Made by a program: the position numbers and the translations under genes
Notes under the pieces: generated by a model
Seen by the model: the letters and a program-made list of their open reading frames with translations, nothing else
Databases searched by the model: none
What the model was told of the DNA's origin: nothing
Sequence record: PV764938.1
Direction: 5' to 3' (one strand)
Length of the DNA stretch: 64,000 nucleotides
Shown here: piece by piece, positions 9,543 to 18,804 of the stretch
Position numbering within the stretch: the stretch's first letter is position 1
Layout of the letters: every line of letters starts with the position of its first letter

Positions 9543-10236
9543 GACCAAAGAGGTTAAAGTCGAACCTATCCGTCATACTTGCGAATTCTGCAAGCGTGAC
9601 TTTTCCACAGAGAAAACACTTATCGCACATGCTTGCGAGAAGAAGCGACGTTGGCTGTGGAAGGATGAGAAGTATGCGACTATGGGCTTCCGTGCATACC
9701 AGCTGTTCTATGAAGTTGGGATGAAATACAAGAAGGTGAAGACCCAAGAGGACTTCATCGATTCCCAATACTACAGCGCGTTCATCAAGTTCGGAAAGCA
9801 TCTAGTCGATATCAACGCGATTGATCCCATTGGTTTTACTGAGTTCCTGATTCGCACGAATGTCCGATTGGACGACTGGACTTTGCCTCGTCCCTATGAG
9901 ATTTGGGTACGCGAACTCGGACGCAAAGAACATCCAGATCGTGCGCTTGAGCGAAATATTCTTCTAATGGAACAGTGGTCTCGCGAGACTGGTGAAGAGT
10001 GGACCGATTTCTTCCGGAAGGTCAATCCGCAGTTGGCAACTAAGTGGATCAAGACTGGACGACTATCGCCGTGGTTGCTGTTCACGGTGGGTGATCAACT
10101 CGTTGAACGTCTCTCCGACGAACAGCTGGTTCTCGTACAGGAACTATTGGAACCGGGATTCTGGTTCAAAAAGTTCGATACGTTCGAGGACGAAGTTCGG
10201 AGCATCAAATTTAACCTAAGAAGCGTTGGCGTCTAA
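9526..10236 (+). CDS. C2H2-type zinc-finger replication-associated protein
   Basis: HTCEFCKRDFSTEKTLIAHAC; C-terminal GRLSPW; possibly a helicase-loader analogue (unproven). Confidence 0.6.
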   Translation: MARKPKTKEVKVEPIRHTCEFCKRDFSTEKTLIAHACEKKRRWLWKDEKYATMGFRAYQLFYEVGMKYKKVKTQEDFIDSQYYSAFIKFGKHLVDINAIDPIGFTEFLIRTNVRLDDWTLPRPYEIWVRELGRKEHPDRALERNILLMEQWSRETGEEWTDFFRKVNPQLATKWIKTGRLSPWLLFTVGDQLVERLSDEQLVLVQELLEPGFWFKKFDTFEDEVRSIKFNLRSVGV

Positions 10237-10266
10237 TAAATATCGCACGCATCCACGGAGATCATT

Positions 10267-10626
10267 ATGAGCGACGACTTTTATTCAAGCATGTACGGGG
10301 CACAGAAGAAGCCCGCCGCGGAAACGCCAGTAAAGCCCGAAGCACCGAAGATTCCGCCGCCGGCGTATCAGCGTTTGTCCGGCTTGAAGCTTTCGGGCCA
10401 GCACATGCACGAAGTGGAAATCAATGGTCGTTACGTGACTATTCCGAGTGCCGCTTACATCAAGCTGCTCGAGGATCAGATCAAGGATTTCCGTCGCACG
10501 GTAGCCCAACAGGGTGAGGATCTTCGTCGCGCGGTGCGTGCGATAAACAAGATGAATTTGGAGATGGAAAAGCTGAAGACCGCGATGGCCGGTACAGTTA
10601 AACACCGCTCCTACCGAGGCTCATAA
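10267..10626 (+). CDS. hypothetical coiled-coil protein
   Basis: GGAG RBS, TAAATA upstream. Confidence 0.7.
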   Translation: MSDDFYSSMYGAQKKPAAETPVKPEAPKIPPPAYQRLSGLKLSGQHMHEVEINGRYVTIPSAAYIKLLEDQIKDFRRTVAQQGEDLRRAVRAINKMNLEMEKLKTAMAGTVKHRSYRGS

Positions 10627-11108
10627 TGGTAATTTCTGTCGATTTCGTCGATGCAATTCATGGCCATGCTTGGTCAGTCGAACTCCAAGATCAAGACGAA
10701 ATCTTTCTCAATGATGTTTGGTTTAAAGAGGACGCTCTGCTAGTCGGGCTCAGTGCTCAGGAACCTTTTGTTGGTCGTACCACGTGGAGTGACTTGGAAA
10801 TGGTTCACTATCAGATCCTATTGTTCCGTGCCTTTGATCTACTTGGCTCAGATACACCGATGGACGAAATCACAGTCCGTTATCGTGAGCCATTCTCTAC
10901 ATTCCGATTCCTAGCCACTGCAATCACCAAGCTTGCAAAGCTCGATGGTGTAACTGGTTTCGATAACGTAACGATTAGTCGCCCTCGTGATAATCGAGTT
11001 GTGGTGGATTTCCGACGTTTGTTCCGTTTCGATTGGGACTCCTACGTTCCACCGAAGCCGAAGCCCAAGGGCAATCCATTCCAAGTTATCGTTGACAATA
11101 CGAAATAA
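10626..11108 (+). CDS. hypothetical protein
   Basis: TAATG coupling. Confidence 0.7.
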   Translation: MVISVDFVDAIHGHAWSVELQDQDEIFLNDVWFKEDALLVGLSAQEPFVGRTTWSDLEMVHYQILLFRAFDLLGSDTPMDEITVRYREPFSTFRFLATAITKLAKLDGVTGFDNVTISRPRDNRVVVDFRRLFRFDWDSYVPPKPKPKGNPFQVIVDNTK

Positions 11109-11115
11109 GGTAAGT

Positions 11116-11331
11116 ATGTTCACACATAGCGACGATACCCCGTTAGTCTTCTTTGTCGACGATATGGACGCCGTGATGACTGCGGATATCTTTGAGTGGT
11201 TTGTTCGTCGCAAGCCTGAACATTTTGTTCGCACCCTTTTGAACATGGAGCGAAACGAGTCCGGGCACAAATACGAATTGATCTTCACGCATAAAAAAGA
11301 CGCAATGGAATTCAAGCTTACTTTCCTATGA
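11116..11331 (+). CDS. hypothetical protein, F-x4-DA-x-FKL family
   Basis: ELIFTHKKDAMEFKLTFL; start re-assigned to ATG 11116 after AAGG. Confidence 0.7.
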   Translation: MFTHSDDTPLVFFVDDMDAVMTADIFEWFVRRKPEHFVRTLLNMERNESGHKYELIFTHKKDAMEFKLTFL

Positions 11332-11903
11332 AAAAAGTCACAGACATTGACATCGACTTTGCTGACCGTGATATAGCCCTACAGCACGTTGCCCACACTC
11401 CCGCTAGTTTGATCAAGGATGGCGTTCTCAAGCGCCACAACGTCGGTGTATATCTGCACGACGTGCCCGTGGATCCAATCACAAACTTCTGCTCAATCGA
11501 ATACAAGCGAGCAGAAGAATTGGGTTTCTTCAAGATGGACTTTCTGAATGTTTCCGTGTATAAGGACGTGAAGTCACCGGAGCATTTGGATAAGCTGATG
11601 AACACTCCGCCGATGTGGGAGATTCTCGAGGACGAGTCCATTGTCGATGGCTTGTTCCACTTGGGCGGACATTTCGATGTTGTGTCGAAGATGAAGCCAA
11701 AGTCCGTCATGGAACTCGCAATGGTTCTCGCTCTGATCCGTCCGGCAAAACGGCATCTCGTCGGTAAATCGTGGAGTGAAGTTGAGAAGGATATTTGGAC
11801 AGCAAGCGCGGATGATCTCTATGGGTTCAAAAAGTCCCACGCCGTCTCTTATGCTTTGGTGATTGTTGTGCAGATGAACCTGCTAGTAGAGGGTGCGCTT
11901 TAA
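11328..11903 (+). CDS. dnaE: miniature DNA polymerase III alpha (DnaE) catalytic module
   Basis: TDIDIDF, RHNVGV, FKMDFL, LIRPA, GFKKSHAVSY motifs in 191 aa. Confidence 0.8.
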   Translation: MKKVTDIDIDFADRDIALQHVAHTPASLIKDGVLKRHNVGVYLHDVPVDPITNFCSIEYKRAEELGFFKMDFLNVSVYKDVKSPEHLDKLMNTPPMWEILEDESIVDGLFHLGGHFDVVSKMKPKSVMELAMVLALIRPAKRHLVGKSWSEVEKDIWTASADDLYGFKKSHAVSYALVIVVQMNLLVEGAL

Positions 11904-12265
11904 AACTTTGGTTTCTTAACCAGTTGAATCTGTCGGCGCTTGATTCGCTTTGCGGTGAGGTCATCTAGACTCACGCATGGCCCGCAATGGATCGTAAAAT
12001 CTTTTGTGATGAAAGTCTTAAGATATGGGCGGAAAACCGCCCACTTTTGCTTCAACGCGATATTGATTGGGAGTTGTCGATTAGTCTCCCACCACCATTC
12101 TTCACCTAGCTCCAAGAACAGCTTCTTCAGCTCGTCCGTCGGCAAGTCCCCGTAGATATACATGGAGAGGATTTGATTATCGGAGTTGCCTACGATTCCC
12201 AGGTACTCAGTATCCACGTATGTTCCGTGGGTGAGAAATGGGAATTTTTCCAGTGTGTTCTTCAT
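11900..12265 (-). CDS. conserved hypothetical protein
   Basis: AAGGA RBS; EEWWWETNRQLPINI; late-type promoter upstream. Confidence 0.75.
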   Translation of the reverse strand: MKNTLEKFPFLTHGTYVDTEYLGIVGNSDNQILSMYIYGDLPTDELKKLFLELGEEWWWETNRQLPINIALKQKWAVFRPYLKTFITKDFTIHCGPCVSLDDLTAKRIKRRQIQLVKKPKF

Positions 12266-12341
12266 AGATCCTTGAAAGGTTTTAGCTAAATATCGGATAC
12301 CTTTCTATTTATAAAAGGTTCAATCCGATATTGGGTGAGAC

Positions 12342-13151
12342 ATGGGTTCAGTGATACTTTACGAGACAAAGCGACGTATTTGGTTGACCATTGAAGGCCT
12401 GAGTGTTCACATGAATAGGAATATGGCCATGCACAATCCAGATTTTCTCGCGTTCAAAGACTCCCAAACTGATATCGAATTCATAGTTCGAAACATTGAT
12501 CGTAAGCCGATCAATTTGACCGACCGTAAGCTATTTGCGACTCTCGTAAACTACCACAGCGGACAAACAATGGCGAGTGTGCCGTTGACCATTGTGGATG
12601 CCACAAGAGGAATCTGCCGCCTAACATTCTTGCCCTATATGGTCAAGGACATGCCCCTGGGTTTTCACAGATATTCAGTCTCTTATATGCTTGACAATGG
12701 AAACGCCAAGCTACTGAGCACAGATCAATACGAGACTGCGCATGGTTTCTTCGAGCTCCGCTATGGCCGTGAACTCCAGGGAATTCAAAGCCAAAGCTAC
12801 GATTTCTCCTCATTTGCTCCCGTCAATAACAACCGCTACGACACCTACTGGGTATCTCCACACTATAAGGGCAACCTGCGTAATGGTTCGCTCGATGGTC
12901 TCCACACGATGGCTTGGTATCTCGAGGACTTCACGGGTTCCATTTGGGTCGAAGGTAGCATCGTTGAGCAAACGCCAGATGAGCCGGATTGGTTCCCAGT
13001 ACTCATCGATGACCGTTTCGAAACGATCCTAACGAGACAGTCAGGCATCATTGCCCACAACGTCGAGGCTAACCTGCAGTGGGTTCGATTCAAGGTTAAG
13101 CCGGACCAGATAAACGTCGGAAAAATAAGCAAAATCATGTTTAGAAATTGA
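12342..13151 (+). CDS. virion protein with BppU-like N-terminal Ig domain
   Basis: DIEFIVRNIDRKPINLT...GICRLTF...GFHRYSVSY pattern. Confidence 0.55.
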   Translation: MGSVILYETKRRIWLTIEGLSVHMNRNMAMHNPDFLAFKDSQTDIEFIVRNIDRKPINLTDRKLFATLVNYHSGQTMASVPLTIVDATRGICRLTFLPYMVKDMPLGFHRYSVSYMLDNGNAKLLSTDQYETAHGFFELRYGRELQGIQSQSYDFSSFAPVNNNRYDTYWVSPHYKGNLRNGSLDGLHTMAWYLEDFTGSIWVEGSIVEQTPDEPDWFPVLIDDRFETILTRQSGIIAHNVEANLQWVRFKVKPDQINVGKISKIMFRN

Positions 13152-13164
13152 CTTCGGTAACGCT

Positions 13165-13209
13165 CCTCTCTTATATTCTAAATACATATATCGAAAATAT
13201 AAGAAGAGG
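13165..13209 (+). promoter_or_regulatory. RBS-occluding hairpin with late promoter TAAATA in its loop
   Basis: CCTCTCTTATATT pairs with AATATAAGAAGAGG (contains SD AGAGG); TAAATA at 13179-13184. Confidence 0.7.
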
Positions 13210-13215
13210 TAGTAA

Positions 13216-14865
13216 ATGCCCGGAATTGATTTTTCCCTGCGATATTCTGACTACGCTCGGTTTCTACCGGCTGTGAGTGAGATGTATACGCGCTTCGTCG
13301 TAAACGATAATCCGAAGCGTGAGGGTCCCATTCTCCGTAGCGATCTGGATTTCTTTAATCCCGACACTAGCCTGTGGTACCTGCCTTGCTCACTTTATTC
13401 GGCGGGTCAGGCTGCAAAGTCTGAAGGTGCTGCAAAGCGCAAGGACATGATCACGGGTCGCATCAACAAAAACACCACGATCCTTGGCGACTCCGGTGGA
13501 TTCCAAATCCAGCAGGGTTCGATCAAGTTTAAGGGCGACGTTACGCGCGAGCGTATGATGCGTTGGCTTGAAGAGAACTGCGACTGGAGCATGATTCTCG
13601 ACTTCCCAACGGGTGGTATCAACATGGGCACAATCGACGCCCACTATAACCGCCTGGTCGCTGATGGTGACACCTATGAGATGGACGTCAACGGAACTCC
13701 GACACAGCTGAACATTACTCAGTTCGCGAAGGAACTCAAGTTTGATCTGAACGATCTGCAACAGCGTGGGTTTGCCACTTGCATGTTCCAGACTCTGATC
13801 AATAACGTGTACTTCGCAACAAAGCGTGATGTCGGTAAAACTGGATTCCTCAACGTTATCCAGGGTCGTACAAAGGACGAATCCGATGCTTGGTACGAGC
13901 GCGTAAAGCACTTCAGCAAGAAGGATGTTTATGGCGATCGTGCATTTGAGGGTTGGTCGCTCGCTGGTCCACATAAGGAAAAGTTTGATATGACGCTATC
14001 GCGTCTACTTGCTTTCCGTCGTGATGGTCTCCTCGAGGGTAAGAACTGGATGCACATTCTCGGTGTTGGCAAGCTCGCAAACGGCTGCGCCTATACGACT
14101 ATGCAGCGCATGATTCGCAAGCACGACAATCCAGAGTTCACAATCTCCTACGACGTGTCCTCGCCATTCACCACGGCAGCTTATGGTAACCTATTCTTGG
14201 GTTACACTCTGGACAAGAACGCATGGACGATTCAGTCCGAAAAGCTTGACGGTCGTGAATATCTAGCCGAGTACAACGCGGACATTCATCGCAACCCGAT
14301 CAAGCGTCGTGACCAGTACGGTAAGATGGCAACGGTTCCCTACAAGGGCGACCACGAGTTCCTCGATGAGCTCAAGATCCTTTGGGACGAAAAGTTCCGT
14401 AAGCAGTCGGAAACCTACAGCACATTCGTGCGTACGGAAATCGGCCAGCGTTTGAAGATGAAGGACATCTGCGTTAACTCGGATCCTGACCTCACATCGA
14501 CATGGGACGTTGTCACGTATGCGTACCTGATGAACCATAACGTCCAGGTTCACCTAGAGGGTGTTTTCGAATCACAGGACCTCTATGACAAGGGCGACGT
14601 CGAGCGCGTTCCTTTGAAGATGATCATGATGAAGGAAGCGATCGAGGAAATTCTTGATCCCGCATGTCCTAATCCGCTAGAATTGATAGATAAGCATAGA
14701 GACGTTCTGAACTGCTTGGCCGGTGACAAAGTTACCGCAGGCGTTCTGATGACCGGCGCTATTGATCAGCCTCCAATTCCAGATCACAACAAACAGTTGA
14801 AGATCATGAAGGAAGAGACGAAGCTCAAGCCAGTCGAATTGAAGATCGTCGAAGGTCTATTCTAA
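13216..14865 (+). CDS. TGT-fold guanine transglycosylase (DpdA/TGT-like)
   Basis: LGDSGGFQI, MILDFP, NVIQG, MHILGVG, SYDVSSP match TGT catalytic motifs. Confidence 0.8.
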   Translation: MPGIDFSLRYSDYARFLPAVSEMYTRFVVNDNPKREGPILRSDLDFFNPDTSLWYLPCSLYSAGQAAKSEGAAKRKDMITGRINKNTTILGDSGGFQIQQGSIKFKGDVTRERMMRWLEENCDWSMILDFPTGGINMGTIDAHYNRLVADGDTYEMDVNGTPTQLNITQFAKELKFDLNDLQQRGFATCMFQTLINNVYFATKRDVGKTGFLNVIQGRTKDESDAWYERVKHFSKKDVYGDRAFEGWSLAGPHKEKFDMTLSRLLAFRRDGLLEGKNWMHILGVGKLANGCAYTTMQRMIRKHDNPEFTISYDVSSPFTTAAYGNLFLGYTLDKNAWTIQSEKLDGREYLAEYNADIHRNPIKRRDQYGKMATVPYKGDHEFLDELKILWDEKFRKQSETYSTFVRTEIGQRLKMKDICVNSDPDLTSTWDVVTYAYLMNHNVQVHLEGVFESQDLYDKGDVERVPLKMIMMKEAIEEILDPACPNPLELIDKHRDVLNCLAGDKVTAGVLMTGAIDQPPIPDHNKQLKIMKEETKLKPVELKIVEGLF

Positions 14866-14875
14866 GGATAAAACA

Positions 14876-15958
14876 ATGAATCTGATATACGACGCGCTCA
14901 CTCGGGTTATTCCGGGTGTCAAGCGCAAGCACGGCTCAAGCAGTTGGAACAACTTCAACGCTATCTGTTGCACGTATAACGGAGAAGTTCGTCCTGATAC
15001 TAGAAACAGAGGAGGGTTGATTCTCTCCTCTGATAACTCCTGTGTGTATCACTGCTTCAACTGCAAGTATAAGGCCTCCTGGAAGCCCGGGCAAAAGCTC
15101 GGACGCAAGATGGAAGACCTGTTGGATTGGGCGCATGTGAGTCTTGAGGAGCAGAAGCGAATCAAGTTTAAGGTCTGGCAGCTTTGGATGAACTCCAAGG
15201 CTGACAAACCAATCGACAACTCATTTTACGTTCCGAAGTCCAAGTTCTCATTTCCCGAGATGGAACTCCCGAATGGTGCAAAGCCATTTTCGCATTGGTT
15301 GAAACCCGAGAATTTCCATGAGGATTTTGTTCCAGTCGTCGAATACATGCTGGAGCGCGGCGAGGATCTATTTGATTCCTACGATTTCTACTGGACGCCA
15401 GAGCCGGAAAAGTTCCCCGATGGTAAGCCGGATCCGACCATCAGCAAGCGCGTGATCATTCCGTTCCATTGGGAAGGCAAAACCGTCGGCTATACGGGTC
15501 GTGACACTTCGGGTTCTCTCAAGCATCGCTACTATGGCAAGGTGCTTCCCAACTACATTTTCAATACGGAATCCATCGAACACGATAACGAATACATCTT
15601 TGTCTGCGAAGGCGCATTCGATGCCTTGGCTATCAACGGCGTTGCTCTGCTTGGTGACAAAATCACTCCTGAACAAGCAGATTGGCTCGACGACACCGGT
15701 AAGAAAATCGTAGTCGTTTGCGACCGCGAGAAGGGCGGCGGCCGTCTCGTTGACATGGCCGTAGAGCGTGGTTGGTATGTCAGTTTCCCCGCATGGGGAG
15801 ACAATCTGGATATCAAGGATGCAGCTCAGGCAGTCCGGGAATTAGGAAAGATATATACAATGTTGAGCATAACTGGTGTTATGTTCAATGATAAGTTCGC
15901 TATCAGCGTAAGAAGAAAACTTGCTTTCAGGAAGGCAAAAAACAAGTATGTCCGCTAA
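14876..15958 (+). CDS. gp61: DNA primase (T4 gp61-like)
   Basis: Zn-binding CC..NGE..RGG..YHCFNC and TOPRIM CEGAFDALAI / VVVCDRE. Confidence 0.85.
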   Translation: MNLIYDALTRVIPGVKRKHGSSSWNNFNAICCTYNGEVRPDTRNRGGLILSSDNSCVYHCFNCKYKASWKPGQKLGRKMEDLLDWAHVSLEEQKRIKFKVWQLWMNSKADKPIDNSFYVPKSKFSFPEMELPNGAKPFSHWLKPENFHEDFVPVVEYMLERGEDLFDSYDFYWTPEPEKFPDGKPDPTISKRVIIPFHWEGKTVGYTGRDTSGSLKHRYYGKVLPNYIFNTESIEHDNEYIFVCEGAFDALAINGVALLGDKITPEQADWLDDTGKKIVVVCDREKGGGRLVDMAVERGWYVSFPAWGDNLDIKDAAQAVRELGKIYTMLSITGVMFNDKFAISVRRKLAFRKAKNKYVR

Positions 15959-17417
15959 AGAAAATAAAAAGACTGAGACAATCGACTACAACGAAGACGT
16001 GCAACGACTGCTCCTGCAGTTTATGATTTCCGATCCCGCAGCTTTTGCACGTTCCCAGAATATTATCAAGCCTGAATATTGGAATGACCGTCTGCGCGGT
16101 GCTTGCCGCTACATCATGAAGTATTCGACCGAGTACAATATTCTGCCTACGCCTGAAATGGTCAAGGCCGAAGCTGGCGTAGAAATCGATAAGCTTGGTG
16201 CAGAAATCACCGTGGGCCATAGCGAATGGTACATGGATACGATTGAGCAGTTTTGTCGTCACAAGGCGATGGAAGCTCTCGTATATGAAGGTCCTGAACT
16301 CGTCGACAAGGGAATGTATTCGGAACTGGAACGTCGCTCCAAGGAGAACATGCTGATCTCCTTGCAGAAGGACATGGGTACCGATTACTTCACGAATCCT
16401 CTTGAGCGTTTGCAGCGCATGAAGGATCGTACCGGTATGACCTCGACGGGCTGGCGCGATATCGACGCAAAGCTCTACGGTGGTATGAACCGAGGAGAAT
16501 TGACATTCTTTGCTGGTGGTCCTGGTACCGGCAAGTCCTTGTTCTTGCAGAACCTAGCGTTGAACTGGGTGCAGATGGGACTGAACATCGTCTACGTTAC
16601 GCTGGAACTTTCGGAAGAACTCGTTGGTCTTCGTTTCGACGCGATGATTTCGGAAATGCCGACGAAGCAGATCTTCAAAAACATGGACGAAACCGCGATG
16701 AAGGTCGCGATGGCAAAGAAGACCCACAAGTGGGGTCGCTTGCATATCAAGAAGTTTCCTGAAGCTGGTACCTCTGCAAACGATATTCGTGCATACTTGA
16801 AGGAATATGAAATCCAGAACGGATTCAAGCCCGACGGTATTTGCGTGGACTACTTGGACCTTCTGCATCCGAACAGCGGTAAGATCAGCGCATCTGACCT
16901 GTTCATCAAGGACAAGTACACGTCGGAAGAATTGCGTGCGTTGGCTTCCGAATACAACCTGTTGGCGGCGACTGCTTCTCAGCTTAACCGTGCATCGATT
17001 CAGGAACAAAGCTTCGACGCCTCGCACATGGCGGGTGGTATTTCCAAGATCAACACTGCGGATAACGTGCTTGCTATCTTTATGAGCCCGCAGATGAAGG
17101 AAATCGGCCAGTACAACATTCAGTTCCTCAAGACGCGTTCGTCTTCGGGTGTCGGCTCGAACATTTTCCTGAAGTTTAACTTGGAGACACTCCGTATCGT
17201 TGACCATGACGAAAACGCATCTGCTAGTGTCCCGGCGACCTTCTCGAAGATCTCCGAAGAGATCAAAAAATCTGCCCCGCAAGTTGTCAAGGCGGGCCCG
17301 AAGGTTGAAGAAAACGAGTACAAGCCAGGAGCTGCCGCACCAGCAACTCCGGCCGGTGGAAACGCTGTGGATCTGCGTGCTCGCATCAAAAACCTCCAGT
17401 CAAAGGGTGACTTCTAA
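15948..17417 (+). CDS. gp41: replicative DnaB-family helicase (T4 gp41-like)
   Basis: GGPGTGKS, VTLELSE, CVDYLDLL, TASQLNR, LKTRSS motifs. Confidence 0.9.
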   Translation: MSAKENKKTETIDYNEDVQRLLLQFMISDPAAFARSQNIIKPEYWNDRLRGACRYIMKYSTEYNILPTPEMVKAEAGVEIDKLGAEITVGHSEWYMDTIEQFCRHKAMEALVYEGPELVDKGMYSELERRSKENMLISLQKDMGTDYFTNPLERLQRMKDRTGMTSTGWRDIDAKLYGGMNRGELTFFAGGPGTGKSLFLQNLALNWVQMGLNIVYVTLELSEELVGLRFDAMISEMPTKQIFKNMDETAMKVAMAKKTHKWGRLHIKKFPEAGTSANDIRAYLKEYEIQNGFKPDGICVDYLDLLHPNSGKISASDLFIKDKYTSEELRALASEYNLLAATASQLNRASIQEQSFDASHMAGGISKINTADNVLAIFMSPQMKEIGQYNIQFLKTRSSSGVGSNIFLKFNLETLRIVDHDENASASVPATFSKISEEIKKSAPQVVKAGPKVEENEYKPGAAAPATPAGGNAVDLRARIKNLQSKGDF

Positions 17418-17428
17418 GTCACCCTTTT
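17402..17428 (+). terminator. rho-independent terminator
   Basis: AAAGGGTGACT-TCTA-AGTCACCCTTT followed by T. Confidence 0.75.
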
Positions 17429-17476
17429 GATAAATTCCTGGACATATAAATATAACAAAATCCGGGAGACCCATAC

Positions 17477-17764
17477 ATGACAAATCATTTAACCGATTTG
17501 AGAACTTTTATGGATATTGCAGGAACTACCGTGCGTGGATTCCAGGATAATGTCCAACCTCACTTCGATGAGAAAGTTGTCATCAATGTCGCACCCGACC
17601 AGGACACTATTCTGGAAGATTTAGAGCTCCTCAGATTCAAGCTTTTGAATCATCGCCAAATGACAGGTTCGGATGATTACGCATTGGGATATGAGGAAGC
17701 GTGTTTGAAAGTCGTAGAGATGATTGATGGTATAATTCGCAATCATCGCGAAGAAGAATTTTAA
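17477..17764 (+). CDS. late hypothetical protein
   Basis: TATAAATA at 17445-17452, GGAG RBS. Confidence 0.7.
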   Translation: MTNHLTDLRTFMDIAGTTVRGFQDNVQPHFDEKVVINVAPDQDTILEDLELLRFKLLNHRQMTGSDDYALGYEEACLKVVEMIDGIIRNHREEEF

Positions 17765-17777
17765 GGCAGACCTCTCA

Positions 17778-18026
17778 ATGAAAACCATGCGAAGCATCAT
17801 CAGTGAATTGGATCGCCTGGTCCCCGAACGGGACAAGCACCAAATTATCGAGGCTAGAGCTTCTAATGTCATCACCAGTTGCATAAACGTTATGCAGCTC
17901 ATCGCCGAAAGCTTCTCCGATGAGGAAGCCGAAGAGCTTAACAAACGCCTACTTGGTGCTATAAAGAATCGTGATCCAAGCAAGTTTAATCGCAAGATCA
18001 AAGAGATGAAGAAGATCGGCAAGTAA
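17778..18026 (+). CDS. conserved late hypothetical protein
   Basis: MKTMRSIISE leader; 82 aa. Confidence 0.75.
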   Translation: MKTMRSIISELDRLVPERDKHQIIEARASNVITSCINVMQLIAESFSDEEAEELNKRLLGAIKNRDPSKFNRKIKEMKKIGK

Positions 18027-18027
18027 G

Positions 18028-18768
18028 ATGACAAATGACATTCGCAAACACATGGACATGCTAAACGAGGCTTCCCTCAAGGATGTAGCCGCGGATGTCA
18101 GCAACAAGGCGAAAGCAGCACTCGGCGACAAGGGCGCTGCTGGTAAAGAAGACGCAAAGCGTCTCTCCAAATATCTCAGCAAAAGTTACAAGAAATGGCT
18201 AGGGCAGACCGGTGGCGAACCCACTGAAGAAACCCTAATGAAATTTCTCGTGTCCAAAATCGGATTCACAGCCGCAAACGCTCGTAAGATTTTCGATAAG
18301 TCGGGCATACAGGACCCGACAAAGGCAAATGAATCCGTTATGGAAGACATTAGCCGTGCTGATCTGGACAAAGTATTTTTGAACGCTGCTCAGTTCGCAT
18401 ATGAGTATGACCTAATTAAGGATCCCGAAGAGGACAAGGAACGCAAGATCAACAAGTCCGAATATTCGGATGGAAGCTTTGGTTCTCGTGGTCGCTCTAG
18501 CGGATATGGTTCCCGTCGTGGTTACCAGAACAGCGATCCCATCGGCGGTCTTCGTGACCAAGTCCAGAAGAACTCCTACCAAGTCGATAAGGGCGAAATG
18601 CTCCAGCAGATCACCAAGTCTGGCCTGTCGAAGGAGCATCTTGAGGATCTCACCGACATCGTTGCAAACGCAAAGAAGTTTGAGGATCTACAGTCCCGTC
18701 CGGACCGTCAGGAGCTTATGAAGCAGCTGGCGCGTATCGGTTACGCCTTCTTCAAATCCAACAAATAG
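18028..18768 (+). CDS. putative head-internal protein
   Basis: MTNDIRKHMDMLNEA leader with an LxE site. Confidence 0.65.
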   Translation: MTNDIRKHMDMLNEASLKDVAADVSNKAKAALGDKGAAGKEDAKRLSKYLSKSYKKWLGQTGGEPTEETLMKFLVSKIGFTAANARKIFDKSGIQDPTKANESVMEDISRADLDKVFLNAAQFAYEYDLIKDPEEDKERKINKSEYSDGSFGSRGRSSGYGSRRGYQNSDPIGGLRDQVQKNSYQVDKGEMLQQITKSGLSKEHLEDLTDIVANAKKFEDLQSRPDRQELMKQLARIGYAFFKSNK

Positions 18769-18804
18769 ATTGACTAACAGGGGCAAGTCTCGCATATAGA
18801 GTGC

